DNA from: Betaproteobacteria bacterium
GTDB taxonomy: Bacteria > Pseudomonadota > Gammaproteobacteria > Burkholderiales > Burkholderiaceae_C
Assembly: GCA_043716645.1 (NCBI GenBank)
Contig: JAYSYH010000109.1
Span: 42,941-106,940 of the forward strand
Reading direction: 5' to 3'
DNA length: 64,000 nt
The position numbers were made by a program, and so were the translations under genes. Shown one piece after another: positions 36,374-46,227 of this stretch (position 1 is its first letter; each line of letters opens with the position of its first letter). Below the pieces are notes generated by a model that was not told where the DNA came from, made no database searches, and saw nothing but the letters and a program-made list of their open reading frames with translations.

Positions 36374-36410
36374 AAAAGCAAAAGGGCAGGCGGGTTGCCC
36401 CAGCCTGCCC
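36374..36410 (-). terminator. Rho-independent terminator of the large PEP-CTERM gene
   Basis: Minus strand GGGCAGGC...GCCTGCCC followed by TTTTGCTTTT. Confidence 0.75.
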
Positions 36411-36445
36411 ATCGTGCGCTTGTCGCGCCTGACTGCTGCGTGCGT

Positions 36446-38176
36446 TTACGCGTTCAGCGCAGCGCCCTTGCCGCGGCGGGCCAGGAAGCCGACGGCGCCC
36501 AAACCCAGCACCATCAGCAGGTAGGTCGAAGGCTCGGGCACGGCCGCAGCCACGTCGACCACGGCAATCCAGGTGCCCCAACGCGAACCGCCCGAGCCAC
36601 CCGGGTGGCCGCCAGCGGCGTTGTTGTACTCACGGGCGAATTCGCCGATCAGGTAGAACTGGCTGTCATTGGTCGGGTCCAGCGACACCGAGCTGTAATC
36701 ACCCCAACGCTGGCGGCCGACACTGGCTTGGCCGAAGATCGAACCGTTGTGGTAATCGTCGGTCAGGCTTTCCTTCAACAACATCTCGCTGCCGACGGCG
36801 GCCAGCGAGCCGGTGCCGGTGGTGTCGAAGACGCGGGCCATGAAGCTGATCTTGCCGGTGGCGCCGGTGGCATCGGCAGTCGTTGCCAAGCCAGAACGGT
36901 TGTAGCCAACCACCACCTTGCCGGCCGAATTGACGGCAATTGACCCTTGGTAATAGTCGTAGCCCGCGCCGCCGATGTCGGTGACCGACAGCTGGGCAAA
37001 GGTGTTGGCGTCCAGCACCGTCACGCGGATGCGGTCTTCTACTGTGATGCCCGTCGTGCCGACGGTGGTCACGGCGTAGATGCGGCCGTTAACTTCGTAG
37101 ACGCTGCTGCTGGTGCGCTCGTCGCCGGCGGCCACGATGGCCTGGTTGGCGGGAATGGCCACCGACGGCTGGCGGGCCGGAACCGGCGAATTGGCAGAGG
37201 TACCGGCAAAGGTGACGGTACCCAGGGTGGCGCCGGTGGCCGACGTGCTACTCAGGCCGTTCACCTTGTAGGCCAGGTTGTCCGTGACAAACAAGGACGA
37301 AGCGACGATCTTGCCGGTGGTGCCGACGCTGTTGCTGTTGACGCCCTGGATCGCGAAACCGCGGTCGGCATTGCTGCCGCTGGTGCTGTCGTAAGGCGTG
37401 ACGAACTGCTGGAAGTTGGTCGTGGTCGGCGCCGTGGCGTTGAACAGGCTGGCCATCGGAATGACGTTCAGCGTCGTGCCGCGGAAACTGTTGGCCCCGC
37501 CTGATGTGGCCGGTGCGAAGTTGTTGGTGCCGATGTACAGCGCGTTTCGGTCCATCGCCAGCGTGGGGTAGTCGGCGGTGGCGCCGAAACCCAGGCCCGA
37601 GTAGCCCGTGAACTGGGTCGACTTCCAGGTGCCCAGCGCGTTGCTGGTGTCGGAAACGGCGATCTGGATGTCAGAAGCGCTGGAAGCAAAAGAAATCGCC
37701 ACCCAGCGGCTGGCGGCCGCGTTGTACATGACGCGCGAGTCGCCATTCGGAACGCCCGTGCGGCCGGCAGCCGTCCAGAAGGCGCTGTCTGAAATCAGTG
37801 ACGTCCGCACGCCGGTGCTCTTGTCGAAAACGGCGTAAGCGCCGTTGGTGGTTTCCATGTACTGCGTGGCACCCACGGCACCCAGCGTGTCAGGCGGAAC
37901 GAAGTTGCGGCCGAACGTTGCGCCGTCGTACTGGCTCACGCCTTCAAAGCCCAGCTTGTACATGCCCGCAGCGTTCATCACGGGCGCTGACCTGCCGTTG
38001 GTGTCCAGCGAAATGTCGCCAGCAATGGCGGTCATCTTCGGCAGCTTGAATTCGAAGTAGGGCTTGGCTACCTGCGCGTGTGAAGCTGCCGTGGCGAACA
38101 TCAAAGCCATGGCACAAGCCACAGCCATCGATTTCAAAGTGCCGGGGTGGACACGGGAGGCTGTCGTTTGCATCAT
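36446..38176 (-). CDS. Large PEP-CTERM sorting-domain protein (Ser/Thr/Gly-rich; PPD...DYP...RWGDY motifs)
   Basis: RBS GGAG, signal peptide, C-terminal VPEPSTYLLMVLGLGAVGFLARRGK. Confidence 0.92.
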   Translation of the reverse strand: MMQTTASRVHPGTLKSMAVACAMALMFATAASHAQVAKPYFEFKLPKMTAIAGDISLDTNGRSAPVMNAAGMYKLGFEGVSQYDGATFGRNFVPPDTLGAVGATQYMETTNGAYAVFDKSTGVRTSLISDSAFWTAAGRTGVPNGDSRVMYNAAASRWVAISFASSASDIQIAVSDTSNALGTWKSTQFTGYSGLGFGATADYPTLAMDRNALYIGTNNFAPATSGGANSFRGTTLNVIPMASLFNATAPTTTNFQQFVTPYDSTSGSNADRGFAIQGVNSNSVGTTGKIVASSLFVTDNLAYKVNGLSSTSATGATLGTVTFAGTSANSPVPARQPSVAIPANQAIVAAGDERTSSSVYEVNGRIYAVTTVGTTGITVEDRIRVTVLDANTFAQLSVTDIGGAGYDYYQGSIAVNSAGKVVVGYNRSGLATTADATGATGKISFMARVFDTTGTGSLAAVGSEMLLKESLTDDYHNGSIFGQASVGRQRWGDYSSVSLDPTNDSQFYLIGEFAREYNNAAGGHPGGSGGSRWGTWIAVVDVAAAVPEPSTYLLMVLGLGAVGFLARRGKGAALNA

Positions 38177-38499
38177 TTCTCCAGAAGTTCGGGTGTGACT
38201 TCGCCAGGGCGATGCACAAAATTCAGGCTGTATTCCAGCCGGCAGCCAGTTGCTTCCAATCCATTTCCGGTTGGTCACAGCCTGGACAGGCAGGTTAACC
38301 GTGGTCGGCTTGGCGGTAACCCCATGATCCGGGGGGCAGACGGATTGGGAATTACCCCAGTGGCTCTGCAGAATGCGCGCGTCGCGCAGCGAGCACGCGC
38401 CGAAGCGGCGAATGGGCTGCCTCCTAGAATCCTTCCCATTGTTTTACTGTTTCACCGTTTTAGGTTTCACCGCTTCGTTCATTCGCTTGAAGGCCGTTC

Positions 38500-39729
38500 A
38501 TGCCCGTCAATCTCACCTCGCCCGACCCGCTTTCTTTGATGCCTGTCAGGGGCGTGCGCATCGGTGTGGCCATGGCCGGCATCCGCAAGGCCAACCGGCG
38601 TGACCTGGTGGTGTTCGCGCTGGACGCTGGCACAGCCGTCGCCGGCGTCTTCACCCAGAACCGCTTTTGCGCGGCACCCGTGCAGGTGTGTCGCGAACAC
38701 TTGAACAGCGGCAGCGCGGTGCGCGCCCTCGTCGTCAATACCGGCAATGCCAACGCTGGCACCGGCGCCGACGGCCTGGCTCGCGCCCGGCGCAGTTGCG
38801 TCGCACTGGCCGCCTTGATGGACGTGCAACCCGCACAGGTGTTGCCGTTTTCCACCGGGGTGATCATGGAAACGCTGCCGGTGGACCGTATCGAAGCCGG
38901 CCTGCCTGCGGCACTGCATGACCTGCGTGCCGACGCCTGGGGCGACGCCGCCACCGGCATCATGACCACCGACACTGTGCCCAAGGCGGCGTCACGCCAG
39001 GTGCAGATCGGCGGCCGCACGGTCACGCTGACCGGTATCAGCAAAGGCGCCGGGATGATCCGTCCGAACATGGCCACGATGCTGGGTTTCATCGCCACCG
39101 ACGCGGTGATCGCGCCGGGCCTGCTGCAGCCACTGCTGACGGATGCGGCCGACCGCAGCTTCAACCGCATCACCATCGACGGCGACACCTCGACCAACGA
39201 CTCTCTGGTGTTGATGGCCACGCAGCAGGCCGGCCACGCGGCCATCACGGCGCTCGATACGCTTGAGGGCCAGACACTGCGTGACGCGCTGGTGTCGCTG
39301 GCCCAGCAACTGGCGCAGGCCATCGTGCGCGATGGCGAAGGCGCCACCAAGTTCATCACCGTCCACGTGCAAGGCGGGCGCGACGAGGCCGAATGCAAGC
39401 TGGCGGCTTACGCCATCGCGCACTCGCCGCTGGTCAAGACGGCTTTCTTCGCCAGCGACCCCAACCTGGGCCGCATCCTGGCGGCGGTGGGCTACGGCGG
39501 CATCGGCGACCTGGACCAGAACCTGATCGACATGGACCTGGACGACGTGGCGGTGGTGCGTGCGGGCGGCCGGCTGCCCAGCTACCGGGAAGAAGACGGG
39601 CAGCGCGTGATGAAGCAGAGCGAGATCACCATCCGCATCGACCTGAACCGTGGCGCTGCGCAGACCATCGTTTGGACCTGCGACCTGTCGCACGATTACG
39701 TCAGCATCAACGCGGACTACAGGTCCTGA
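38500..39729 (+). CDS. argJ: Bifunctional glutamate N-acetyltransferase/amino-acid acetyltransferase
   Basis: [66 protein letters not shown]. Confidence 0.98.
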   Translation: MPVNLTSPDPLSLMPVRGVRIGVAMAGIRKANRRDLVVFALDAGTAVAGVFTQNRFCAAPVQVCREHLNSGSAVRALVVNTGNANAGTGADGLARARRSCVALAALMDVQPAQVLPFSTGVIMETLPVDRIEAGLPAALHDLRADAWGDAATGIMTTDTVPKAASRQVQIGGRTVTLTGISKGAGMIRPNMATMLGFIATDAVIAPGLLQPLLTDAADRSFNRITIDGDTSTNDSLVLMATQQAGHAAITALDTLEGQTLRDALVSLAQQLAQAIVRDGEGATKFITVHVQGGRDEAECKLAAYAIAHSPLVKTAFFASDPNLGRILAAVGYGGIGDLDQNLIDMDLDDVAVVRAGGRLPSYREEDGQRVMKQSEITIRIDLNRGAAQTIVWTCDLSHDYVSINADYRS

Positions 39730-39733
39730 AAGC

Positions 39734-41029
39734 GTGCTGCCCAAGATTGCAGCCAACGACCTGCTGCGCGATCCGTCCTACCTGAAGTTGTGGGCCAGCA
39801 TCCTGACCAGCAGCTTCGGCAACCAGGTGATGATGCTGGCGCTGCCGCTGACGGCCGCCGTGCTGCTGCAGGCCAGCCCGACCCAGATGGGCCTGCTGAC
39901 GGCCATCGAACTACTGCCCTTCGTGCTGTTCTCGCTGCCGGGCGGGGTGTGGCTCGACCGCCGCCGCAAGTTGCCGGTCTACGTCATCGGCGAAACGCTG
40001 GCGGCTTTCGCGGCGGCCAGCGTGCCGCTGGCCTGGTGGCTGGGTTGGCTGGGCATGGGCTGGCTTTACGCGGTCGGCTTCATGCTGGGCATGGTGCACA
40101 CCGTCTCGGGCACGGCCGCGCAGATCGTGCTGACGCAGGTGGTGGCGCGTGATCGCCTGGTCGAAGCGCATGCCAAGAATGCGCTGGCCACGTCGGGGGC
40201 CGAAGTCGCCGGGCCGGGGCTGGCCGGCGCGCTGATCAAGATCTTCGGCGCGCCGCTGGCCCTGCTGGTCAACGCGGTGCTGCTGCTGGGCTCGGCGCTG
40301 ATCCTGCGCGGCATCAACATCCACGAACGCCGCGAAGCGCGCCCGCCCGGCCACTTCATGCGCGACCTGCAGGTGGGGTTGCGCTTCGTCGTGGGCAACC
40401 GGCTGCTGCTGACGCTGGGCGTCCTGATGGGCGTCTGGCAGATGTGCCACTACGCGGCAGTGACGGTTCAGATCCTGTTCGCGACGCGCACCCTGGGCCT
40501 CAGCGAACACGCCATCGGGCTTTGCTACATGGGCATGGGTTTGGGCACCGTCAGCGGCAGTGTGCTGGGCCGCCGCGTCAGTCACCGCATTGGCCCGGGG
40601 CCTTGCCTGGTGGTGGGCTACGCCATTTGCGGCGCAGGTTGGCTGCTGTTGGCCGTGGCGCCGGCCAACGGCTGGGGGGTGGCGGCTTTTGCGGCCATGC
40701 TGATGCTGTTCACCACCGGCGCGGTCTTCATCTTCATCAACTTTCTGGCGCTGCGTCAATCGGTGACCCCAGAGCCGCTGCTGGGCCGCATGACCAGCAC
40801 CATGCGCTGGCTGACGCTACTGGCCGCCGCGCCCGGCGCGCTGCTGGGCGGCTGGCTGGGCGAACACGTGGGTTTGCGCGCGGCGCTGGGCTTTTCCGGT
40901 GGCGTGTCGGTGCTGCTGGTGATCGTGGCGTGGCGGTTGCCGCTGATCCGCGAACTGAAACACCTGCCCGAGTCCGAGCGGGAATCGGAATGGCTGGGGC
41001 TGGAAGCTGACGTGCGGCCGGCCGGCTGA
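39734..41029 (+). CDS. MFS transporter
   Basis: About 12 TM helices, G..LDRRRK motif-A-like loop, RQSVTPEPLLGRM; GTG start just after the argJ stop. Confidence 0.88.
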   Translation: MLPKIAANDLLRDPSYLKLWASILTSSFGNQVMMLALPLTAAVLLQASPTQMGLLTAIELLPFVLFSLPGGVWLDRRRKLPVYVIGETLAAFAAASVPLAWWLGWLGMGWLYAVGFMLGMVHTVSGTAAQIVLTQVVARDRLVEAHAKNALATSGAEVAGPGLAGALIKIFGAPLALLVNAVLLLGSALILRGINIHERREARPPGHFMRDLQVGLRFVVGNRLLLTLGVLMGVWQMCHYAAVTVQILFATRTLGLSEHAIGLCYMGMGLGTVSGSVLGRRVSHRIGPGPCLVVGYAICGAGWLLLAVAPANGWGVAAFAAMLMLFTTGAVFIFINFLALRQSVTPEPLLGRMTSTMRWLTLLAAAPGALLGGWLGEHVGLRAALGFSGGVSVLLVIVAWRLPLIRELKHLPESERESEWLGLEADVRPAG

Positions 41030-41031
41030 GG

Positions 41032-41087
41032 CTCGGCACTTTGGTGCTTCGGCGCTTCGGCGTTCCGGCGCTTCGGCGTTCCGGCAT
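41032..41087. repeat. Degenerate 8-bp tandem array (TYCGGCGY, 7 units) filling the MFS/ugpQ convergent gap
   Basis: ctcggcac tttggtgc ttcggcgc ttcggcgt tccggcgc ttcggcgt tccggcat. Confidence 0.85.
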
Positions 41088-41864
41088 TCAGTCGTGAAGG
41101 TCGGCGGCGCCTGGTGAAAACCGGTCCACCGCGTCGGTGATGACCCCGTCTATGCCCAGGCGCAGCAGGCGTTGCGCTTCGGCCGGGTCGTTGACGGTGT
41201 AGCAAAGGCCGCGCAGCCCCGCCGCGTGCAGGCGTTCCAGCAAGGCCGCGTCCATCAGCTTGTAGTTGGTGACGACCGCCACACAGCCCAGCGCCTGCGC
41301 GGCTTCCCACCAACCCGGCCACAGCGTGTCCACCAGCAGCGCACGCGAAATTTGCGGCGCGTTCTTGCGGGCACCCTGCAGCGCATCCGGGCGAAAGCTG
41401 CTGAAAAGCGGCAACGGCGCCTGCTTGTCCCACAGGTGCAAGCAGGCATGGCCCACGGCCGCGCCAGTTTCGTGTTCCTGGCCGGGCGTCGGCTTGATCT
41501 CGATGTTCAACGCAAAGCCGTTGCGTTGCACATAGCGCGCGATCAATGCCAGGCTGGGAATGGGCTCGCCGGCATAGCCGCGCGTGTGCCAGCTGCCGGC
41601 GTCGGTGCGCGACAGCTCGGCCCAGTCCTTCAGCCCGGCCACGCCGCGCACCGGCGTTGTGCGGTCCAGCGTGCTGTCGTGCAGCAGGAAAGGCACGCCG
41701 TCGGCGCTGAGTTTCACGTCGCATTCGAAAGCGCGAAAGCCGTGCGATGCACCCACGCGGAAGGCTGCCAGCGTGTTTTCGGGCGCCAGCTTGCCGGCGC
41801 CGCGGTGAGCGATCCACAGCGGCAGCGGCCAGGGTTCGAACAGGGCCGTCACGCGTTCAGACAC
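41088..41864 (-). CDS. ugpQ: Glycerophosphodiester phosphodiesterase
   Basis: [53 protein letters not shown]; follows ugpC. Confidence 0.93.
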   Translation of the reverse strand: MSERVTALFEPWPLPLWIAHRGAGKLAPENTLAAFRVGASHGFRAFECDVKLSADGVPFLLHDSTLDRTTPVRGVAGLKDWAELSRTDAGSWHTRGYAGEPIPSLALIARYVQRNGFALNIEIKPTPGQEHETGAAVGHACLHLWDKQAPLPLFSSFRPDALQGARKNAPQISRALLVDTLWPGWWEAAQALGCVAVVTNYKLMDAALLERLHAAGLRGLCYTVNDPAEAQRLLRLGIDGVITDAVDRFSPGAADLHD

Positions 41865-42930
41865 GCTGCCCGCTGCGGCTGTCGAACCAGTGCAGGTGCT
41901 CGGGTTTGACGCTGAGCCGCACCGTGTCGCCGGGCTTGGGCGGGACGAGCGTGGCCTCGATGCGCAATGTGAAAGCCGCGCCGTTCTGGCCGTCACCCAG
42001 CTTGCCGTAGACCAGCCGTTCAGCGCCCAGCATTTCCAGCATTTCCACTTGCAGTGCCCACGCGCCGCCCGCGTCCATCGCGGCATGTTCTGGCCGCACG
42101 CCCAGCGTCAACGGGCCCTGGCGTGGCGCGGCGGCTGGTAGCGCCAGGCTCTGCCCGCCCAGGCGCACATTCAAGCCGTCCACGGTTCCCGGCATCAGGT
42201 TCATCGGCGGGCTGCCGATGAAGCTGGCCACGAAGGTGGTGGCCGGCTGGCCGTAGACCTGCTCGGGCGTGCCGATCTGTTCGATGCGGCCCGCGTTCAT
42301 CACGATCATGCGCTGCGCCAGCGTCATCGCCTCGACCTGATCGTGGGTGACGAAGAGCGAAGTCACGCCCAACTCAGTGTGCAGTTTCTGGATCTCCAGC
42401 CGCGTGGCGGCGCGCAGCTTGGCGTCCAGGTTGGACAGTGGTTCGTCGAACAGAAAGACCTGCGGCTGGCGCACGATGGCGCGGCCCATTGCCACCCGCT
42501 GGCGCTGGCCGCCCGACAGTTCACGTGGCTTGCGCTGCAACAGCGCGCCCAGCTCCAGAATCTGTGCGGCCTTGCGCACCCTTGCCTCGATTTCGGCGGT
42601 GGGCAGCTTGGCGATCTTCAGCCCGTAGGCCATGTTGTCGTAGACGCTCATGTGCGGGTAGAGCGCGTAGTTCTGGAAGACCATCGCGATATCGCGCTCG
42701 GCCGGTTCGAGCTGATTGACCACGCGGCCGCCGATGTCGATCTCGCCGCCGGTGACGATTTCCAGCCCCGCCACCATGCGCAGCAGCGTGCTCTTGCCGC
42801 AGCCACTCGGCCCCACGATGACGATGAATTCGCCGTCGGCGATCTCAACGTTCACGCCGTGGATCACCTTGTTCGCTTTCGGCCCGGCACCGTAGGATTT
42901 TTCGACGTTTCGAAGTGCTATTGCGGCCAT
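41857..42930 (-). CDS. ugpC: sn-glycerol-3-phosphate ABC transporter ATP-binding protein
   Basis: [40 protein letters not shown]; operon context. Confidence 0.93.
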   Translation of the reverse strand: MAAIALRNVEKSYGAGPKANKVIHGVNVEIADGEFIVIVGPSGCGKSTLLRMVAGLEIVTGGEIDIGGRVVNQLEPAERDIAMVFQNYALYPHMSVYDNMAYGLKIAKLPTAEIEARVRKAAQILELGALLQRKPRELSGGQRQRVAMGRAIVRQPQVFLFDEPLSNLDAKLRAATRLEIQKLHTELGVTSLFVTHDQVEAMTLAQRMIVMNAGRIEQIGTPEQVYGQPATTFVASFIGSPPMNLMPGTVDGLNVRLGGQSLALPAAAPRQGPLTLGVRPEHAAMDAGGAWALQVEMLEMLGAERLVYGKLGDGQNGAAFTLRIEATLVPPKPGDTVRLSVKPEHLHWFDSRSGQRV

Positions 42931-42952
42931 GTTGGCGCCCGTGTCGTGTGCA

Positions 42953-43804
42953 TCATTTTTCGGTATCAACCAAGCCTTTGACGAACCACTTCTGCATCAG
43001 CATCACCACCAGCGCGGGCGGCAACATCGCCAGCATCGCGGTGGCCATCACCAGGTTCCATTGCTGGGCCGCGTCACCGCCGGAAATCATGCGCTTGATG
43101 CCGATGACCACCGGGTACATGTCCTCGTTGGTGGTCACCAGCAAAGGCCACAAATACTGGTTCCAGCCGTAGATGAACTGGATCACGAAGAGCGCTGCAA
43201 TGCTGGTGGAAGACAGCGGCACCAGGATGTCCTTGAAGAAGCGCATCGGCCCGGCGCCGTCGACGCGCGCGGCCTCGACCAATTCGTCCGGCACCGTCAT
43301 GAAGAACTGGCGGAACAGGAAAGTCGCGGTGGCCGAGGCAATCAGCGGAATCGTCAGGCCGGCGTAGCTGTTCAGCAGGTGCAGGTCGGCCACAACCTTG
43401 TAGGTGGGGAAGATGCGCACTTCCACCGGCAGCATCAGCGTGACGAAGATGGCCCAGAAGAAGAACATGCGGAAGCGGAAGCGGAAGTACACGATGGCGA
43501 AGGCCGACAGCAAGCTGATCGCAATCTTGCCCAGGCTGATGACCAGCGCCGACACCAGGCTGACCCACATCATCTTGCCTACGGGTGCGCTGGAACCCGG
43601 GCCGTGGCCGGTGCCGCTGAGCACGGCCACGTAGTTGTTCCAGAACTCAGCGCCCGGCAGCAGCGGCATCGGCACCTGCACGATGGCCTGCGCGGTGTGC
43701 GTGGACGCGATGAAGGTGATGTAGACCGGCAAGGCCACGCACAACACGCCGATGATCAGCACGGCGTGCGACAGCAGGTTCAGCCAGCGGCGGTTTTCGA
43801 CCAT
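42953..43804 (-). CDS. ugpE: sn-glycerol-3-phosphate ABC transporter permease
   Basis: MVENR start, [43 protein letters not shown]. Confidence 0.93.
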   Translation of the reverse strand: MVENRRWLNLLSHAVLIIGVLCVALPVYITFIASTHTAQAIVQVPMPLLPGAEFWNNYVAVLSGTGHGPGSSAPVGKMMWVSLVSALVISLGKIAISLLSAFAIVYFRFRFRMFFFWAIFVTLMLPVEVRIFPTYKVVADLHLLNSYAGLTIPLIASATATFLFRQFFMTVPDELVEAARVDGAGPMRFFKDILVPLSSTSIAALFVIQFIYGWNQYLWPLLVTTNEDMYPVVIGIKRMISGGDAAQQWNLVMATAMLAMLPPALVVMLMQKWFVKGLVDTEK

Positions 43805-43817
43805 CAGACCGCGACCA

Positions 43818-44705
43818 TCAGTAGTTCACCTTCTTCTCGACGAAGCGGAACTGCAAGACGGTGAGGCCAACAACGATGACCATCAGCACCACGCTTTGCG
43901 CGGCCGAGCCGCCCAGGTCCAGCGCCTTGAAGCCGTCGTAGTAGACCTTGTAGACCAGCACCGACGTCTCTTTGCCCGGTCCGCCTTCGGTGGCCGCGTC
44001 AATGATGCCGAAGGTGTCGAAGAAGGCGTAGACCATGTTGATCACCAACAGGAAAAACGTCGTTGGCGACAGCAGCGGGAAGACGATGGTCCAGAAGCGC
44101 CGCCAGGGCTTGGCGCCGTCAATGGCGGCGGCCTCCAGCAGTGACTTGGGTATCGACTGCAGCCCGGCCAGGAAGAACAGGAAGTTGTAGGAAATCTGCT
44201 TCCACACGGCGGCCATCACGATCAACGCCATCGCGTGGTTGCCGTTCAACAGGTGGTTCCACTCGAAGCCGGCCGAGCGCAGTGCGTAACTCACCACGCC
44301 GATGCTGGGCGCGAACATGAACAGCCACAGCACGCCGGCCACCGCCGGCGCCACGGCGTAGGGCCAGATCAGCAAAGTCTTGTAGGCCAGTGCGCCCTTG
44401 ACCACGCGGTCGGCCATTACCGCCAGCAGCAGCGAAATGGCCAGCCCTAACACCGCCACCAGCACCGAAAACACGGCCGTGGTCTTGAACGAAGCCAGGT
44501 AACTGGGGTCGGCGAACAGGGCCCTGAAGTTCTCGAAGCCGACCCATTCGGTGCTGGTCCCGAAGGCGTCTTGCTGCTGCAGCGACTGCAGCAGCGTTTC
44601 CCAGGCCGGCCAGAAAAAGAATACGGCGATAACGGCCACCTGGGGTGCCATCAGCACCCAGGGCAGCCAGGCAGACCGAAAAACGACGCGCTTTTCAGTG
44701 GCCAA
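43818..44705 (-). CDS. ugpA: sn-glycerol-3-phosphate ABC transporter permease
   Basis: [42 protein letters not shown]. Confidence 0.93.
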   Translation of the reverse strand: MATEKRVVFRSAWLPWVLMAPQVAVIAVFFFWPAWETLLQSLQQQDAFGTSTEWVGFENFRALFADPSYLASFKTTAVFSVLVAVLGLAISLLLAVMADRVVKGALAYKTLLIWPYAVAPAVAGVLWLFMFAPSIGVVSYALRSAGFEWNHLLNGNHAMALIVMAAVWKQISYNFLFFLAGLQSIPKSLLEAAAIDGAKPWRRFWTIVFPLLSPTTFFLLVINMVYAFFDTFGIIDAATEGGPGKETSVLVYKVYYDGFKALDLGGSAAQSVVLMVIVVGLTVLQFRFVEKKVNY

Positions 44706-44710
44706 CGGGG

Positions 44711-46042
44711 TCAGCCTTTGTTGGCCTTCTGGAATTTTTCCAACTGCTCGTTACCGCGCTTGACGGCTTCGTCCAGCCCTTCCTTGGCCGTCTTCTTACC
44801 GCCCCAGATTTGCTCCATCTCTTCGTCGACGATGGTGCGGATCTGCACGAAGTTGCCCAGACGGATGCCGCGCGTCTTGTCGGTGGCCTTGCGGATCATC
44901 TGCGTGGGTGCCACATCGGTGCCCGGGTTCTGCTTGTAGAAACCGCTGCTGTCGGTGAGCTTGAAAGCCGCGGTGGTGATCGGCAGATAGCCGGTGCGCT
45001 GGTGGCTGGCGGCCTGCACTTCAGGGCTGCTGAGGTAGTTGAAGAACGCAGCCACACCTTTGTATTCGGCCGGCTTGTGGCCTGCCATCACCCACAGGCT
45101 GGCGCCGCCGATGACGGTGTTCTGCGGCGCGCCGGGCACGTCGGGGTAGTAGGGCAGGGGGGCCATGCCGTAGGCGAACTTGGCATTCGCTTTCACGCTG
45201 CCGTAAAGGCCCGATGAGCCGGTGAACATCGCGCATTCGCCGCTGGGGAAGGTGGCGTCGGGCGTGTTGTTGCGGCCCTTGTAGACGAACAGGCCGTTCT
45301 TGGCCATGTTGGACAGGTTTTCGATGTGGCGCACGTGCAGCGGCGAGTTGAAGACCAGCCGCGTGTCCAGGCCGCCGAAGCCATTGCGCTTGCTGGCGAA
45401 TTCCACGTTGTGCCAGGCACTGAAGCTTTCCAGCTGCGTCCAGCTTTGCCAGCTGGTCGTGAACGGGCACTTGTGCCCGCTGGCCTTCAGCTTGGCGGCC
45501 GCCAGGGCCACTTCGGGCCAGGTGCTGGGCGCCTTCTCTGGGTCTATGCCGGCGGCCTTGAAGGCGTCCTTGTTGTAATAGAAGATGGTGGTGCTGCTGT
45601 TGAAGGGCATGCTCAACATCTGGCCGTTGGGCGCGGTGTAGTAGCCGGCCACCGCGCTGACATAGGCCGTCGGGTCAAAGGGCAGGCCCGACTCCTTCAT
45701 CACCTCGCCCACCGGCTTGATGGCACCCTTGCTGGCCATCATCGTGGCGGTACCTACTTCAAAGACCTGCAGCACGGCCGGGCTGGTGCCCGAGCGGTAG
45801 GCGGCAATGGCCGCGGTCATCGATTCCGGGTAGGTGCCTTTGTAGGTCGGCACGATCTTGTAGTCGGTCTGGCTGGCATTGAAGTTCCTGGCCAGATCGC
45901 CGACCCATTCGCCCAGGGCGCCACTCATCGAATGCCACCACTGCACTTCGACTTGGGCTTGGGCTTGGGCGCGGGTGGGCGAGGCGGCCAGCACAAAAGC
46001 GGCGGCGGCAGCCAGGACTTGCAGGCGGTTCAGCAGTTTCAT
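44711..46042 (-). CDS. ugpB: sn-glycerol-3-phosphate ABC transporter substrate-binding protein
   Basis: [51 protein letters not shown]. Confidence 0.93.
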   Translation of the reverse strand: MKLLNRLQVLAAAAAFVLAASPTRAQAQAQVEVQWWHSMSGALGEWVGDLARNFNASQTDYKIVPTYKGTYPESMTAAIAAYRSGTSPAVLQVFEVGTATMMASKGAIKPVGEVMKESGLPFDPTAYVSAVAGYYTAPNGQMLSMPFNSSTTIFYYNKDAFKAAGIDPEKAPSTWPEVALAAAKLKASGHKCPFTTSWQSWTQLESFSAWHNVEFASKRNGFGGLDTRLVFNSPLHVRHIENLSNMAKNGLFVYKGRNNTPDATFPSGECAMFTGSSGLYGSVKANAKFAYGMAPLPYYPDVPGAPQNTVIGGASLWVMAGHKPAEYKGVAAFFNYLSSPEVQAASHQRTGYLPITTAAFKLTDSSGFYKQNPGTDVAPTQMIRKATDKTRGIRLGNFVQIRTIVDEEMEQIWGGKKTAKEGLDEAVKRGNEQLEKFQKANKG

Positions 46043-46227
46043 CGGGTCTCCGTGGGGTCTAGCTCGAGGCCGTTCTCAAGGCAATTCGCAGCCGGGGCGA
46101 CGAGTCTCGCCGGCCTTTGTGACAATTGCGGGTTCTGTCATGGATGGCAACTGCGCGGCAACCGGGATTACCCGCCGACCAGCCCAGCCGTGCATTGTCA
46201 CTCTCGTTCAAGCGCCACCCGCCATCC

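Noticed and set aside
41032-41087. Short repeats as a CRISPR array
   Set aside because: Units are 8 bp with no spacers, and there are no cas genes in the window.
46115-46150. PHO box upstream of ugpB
   Set aside because: Isolated half-sites (TTGTCAC, CTGTCAT) in opposite orientations without the 11-bp direct-repeat spacing.
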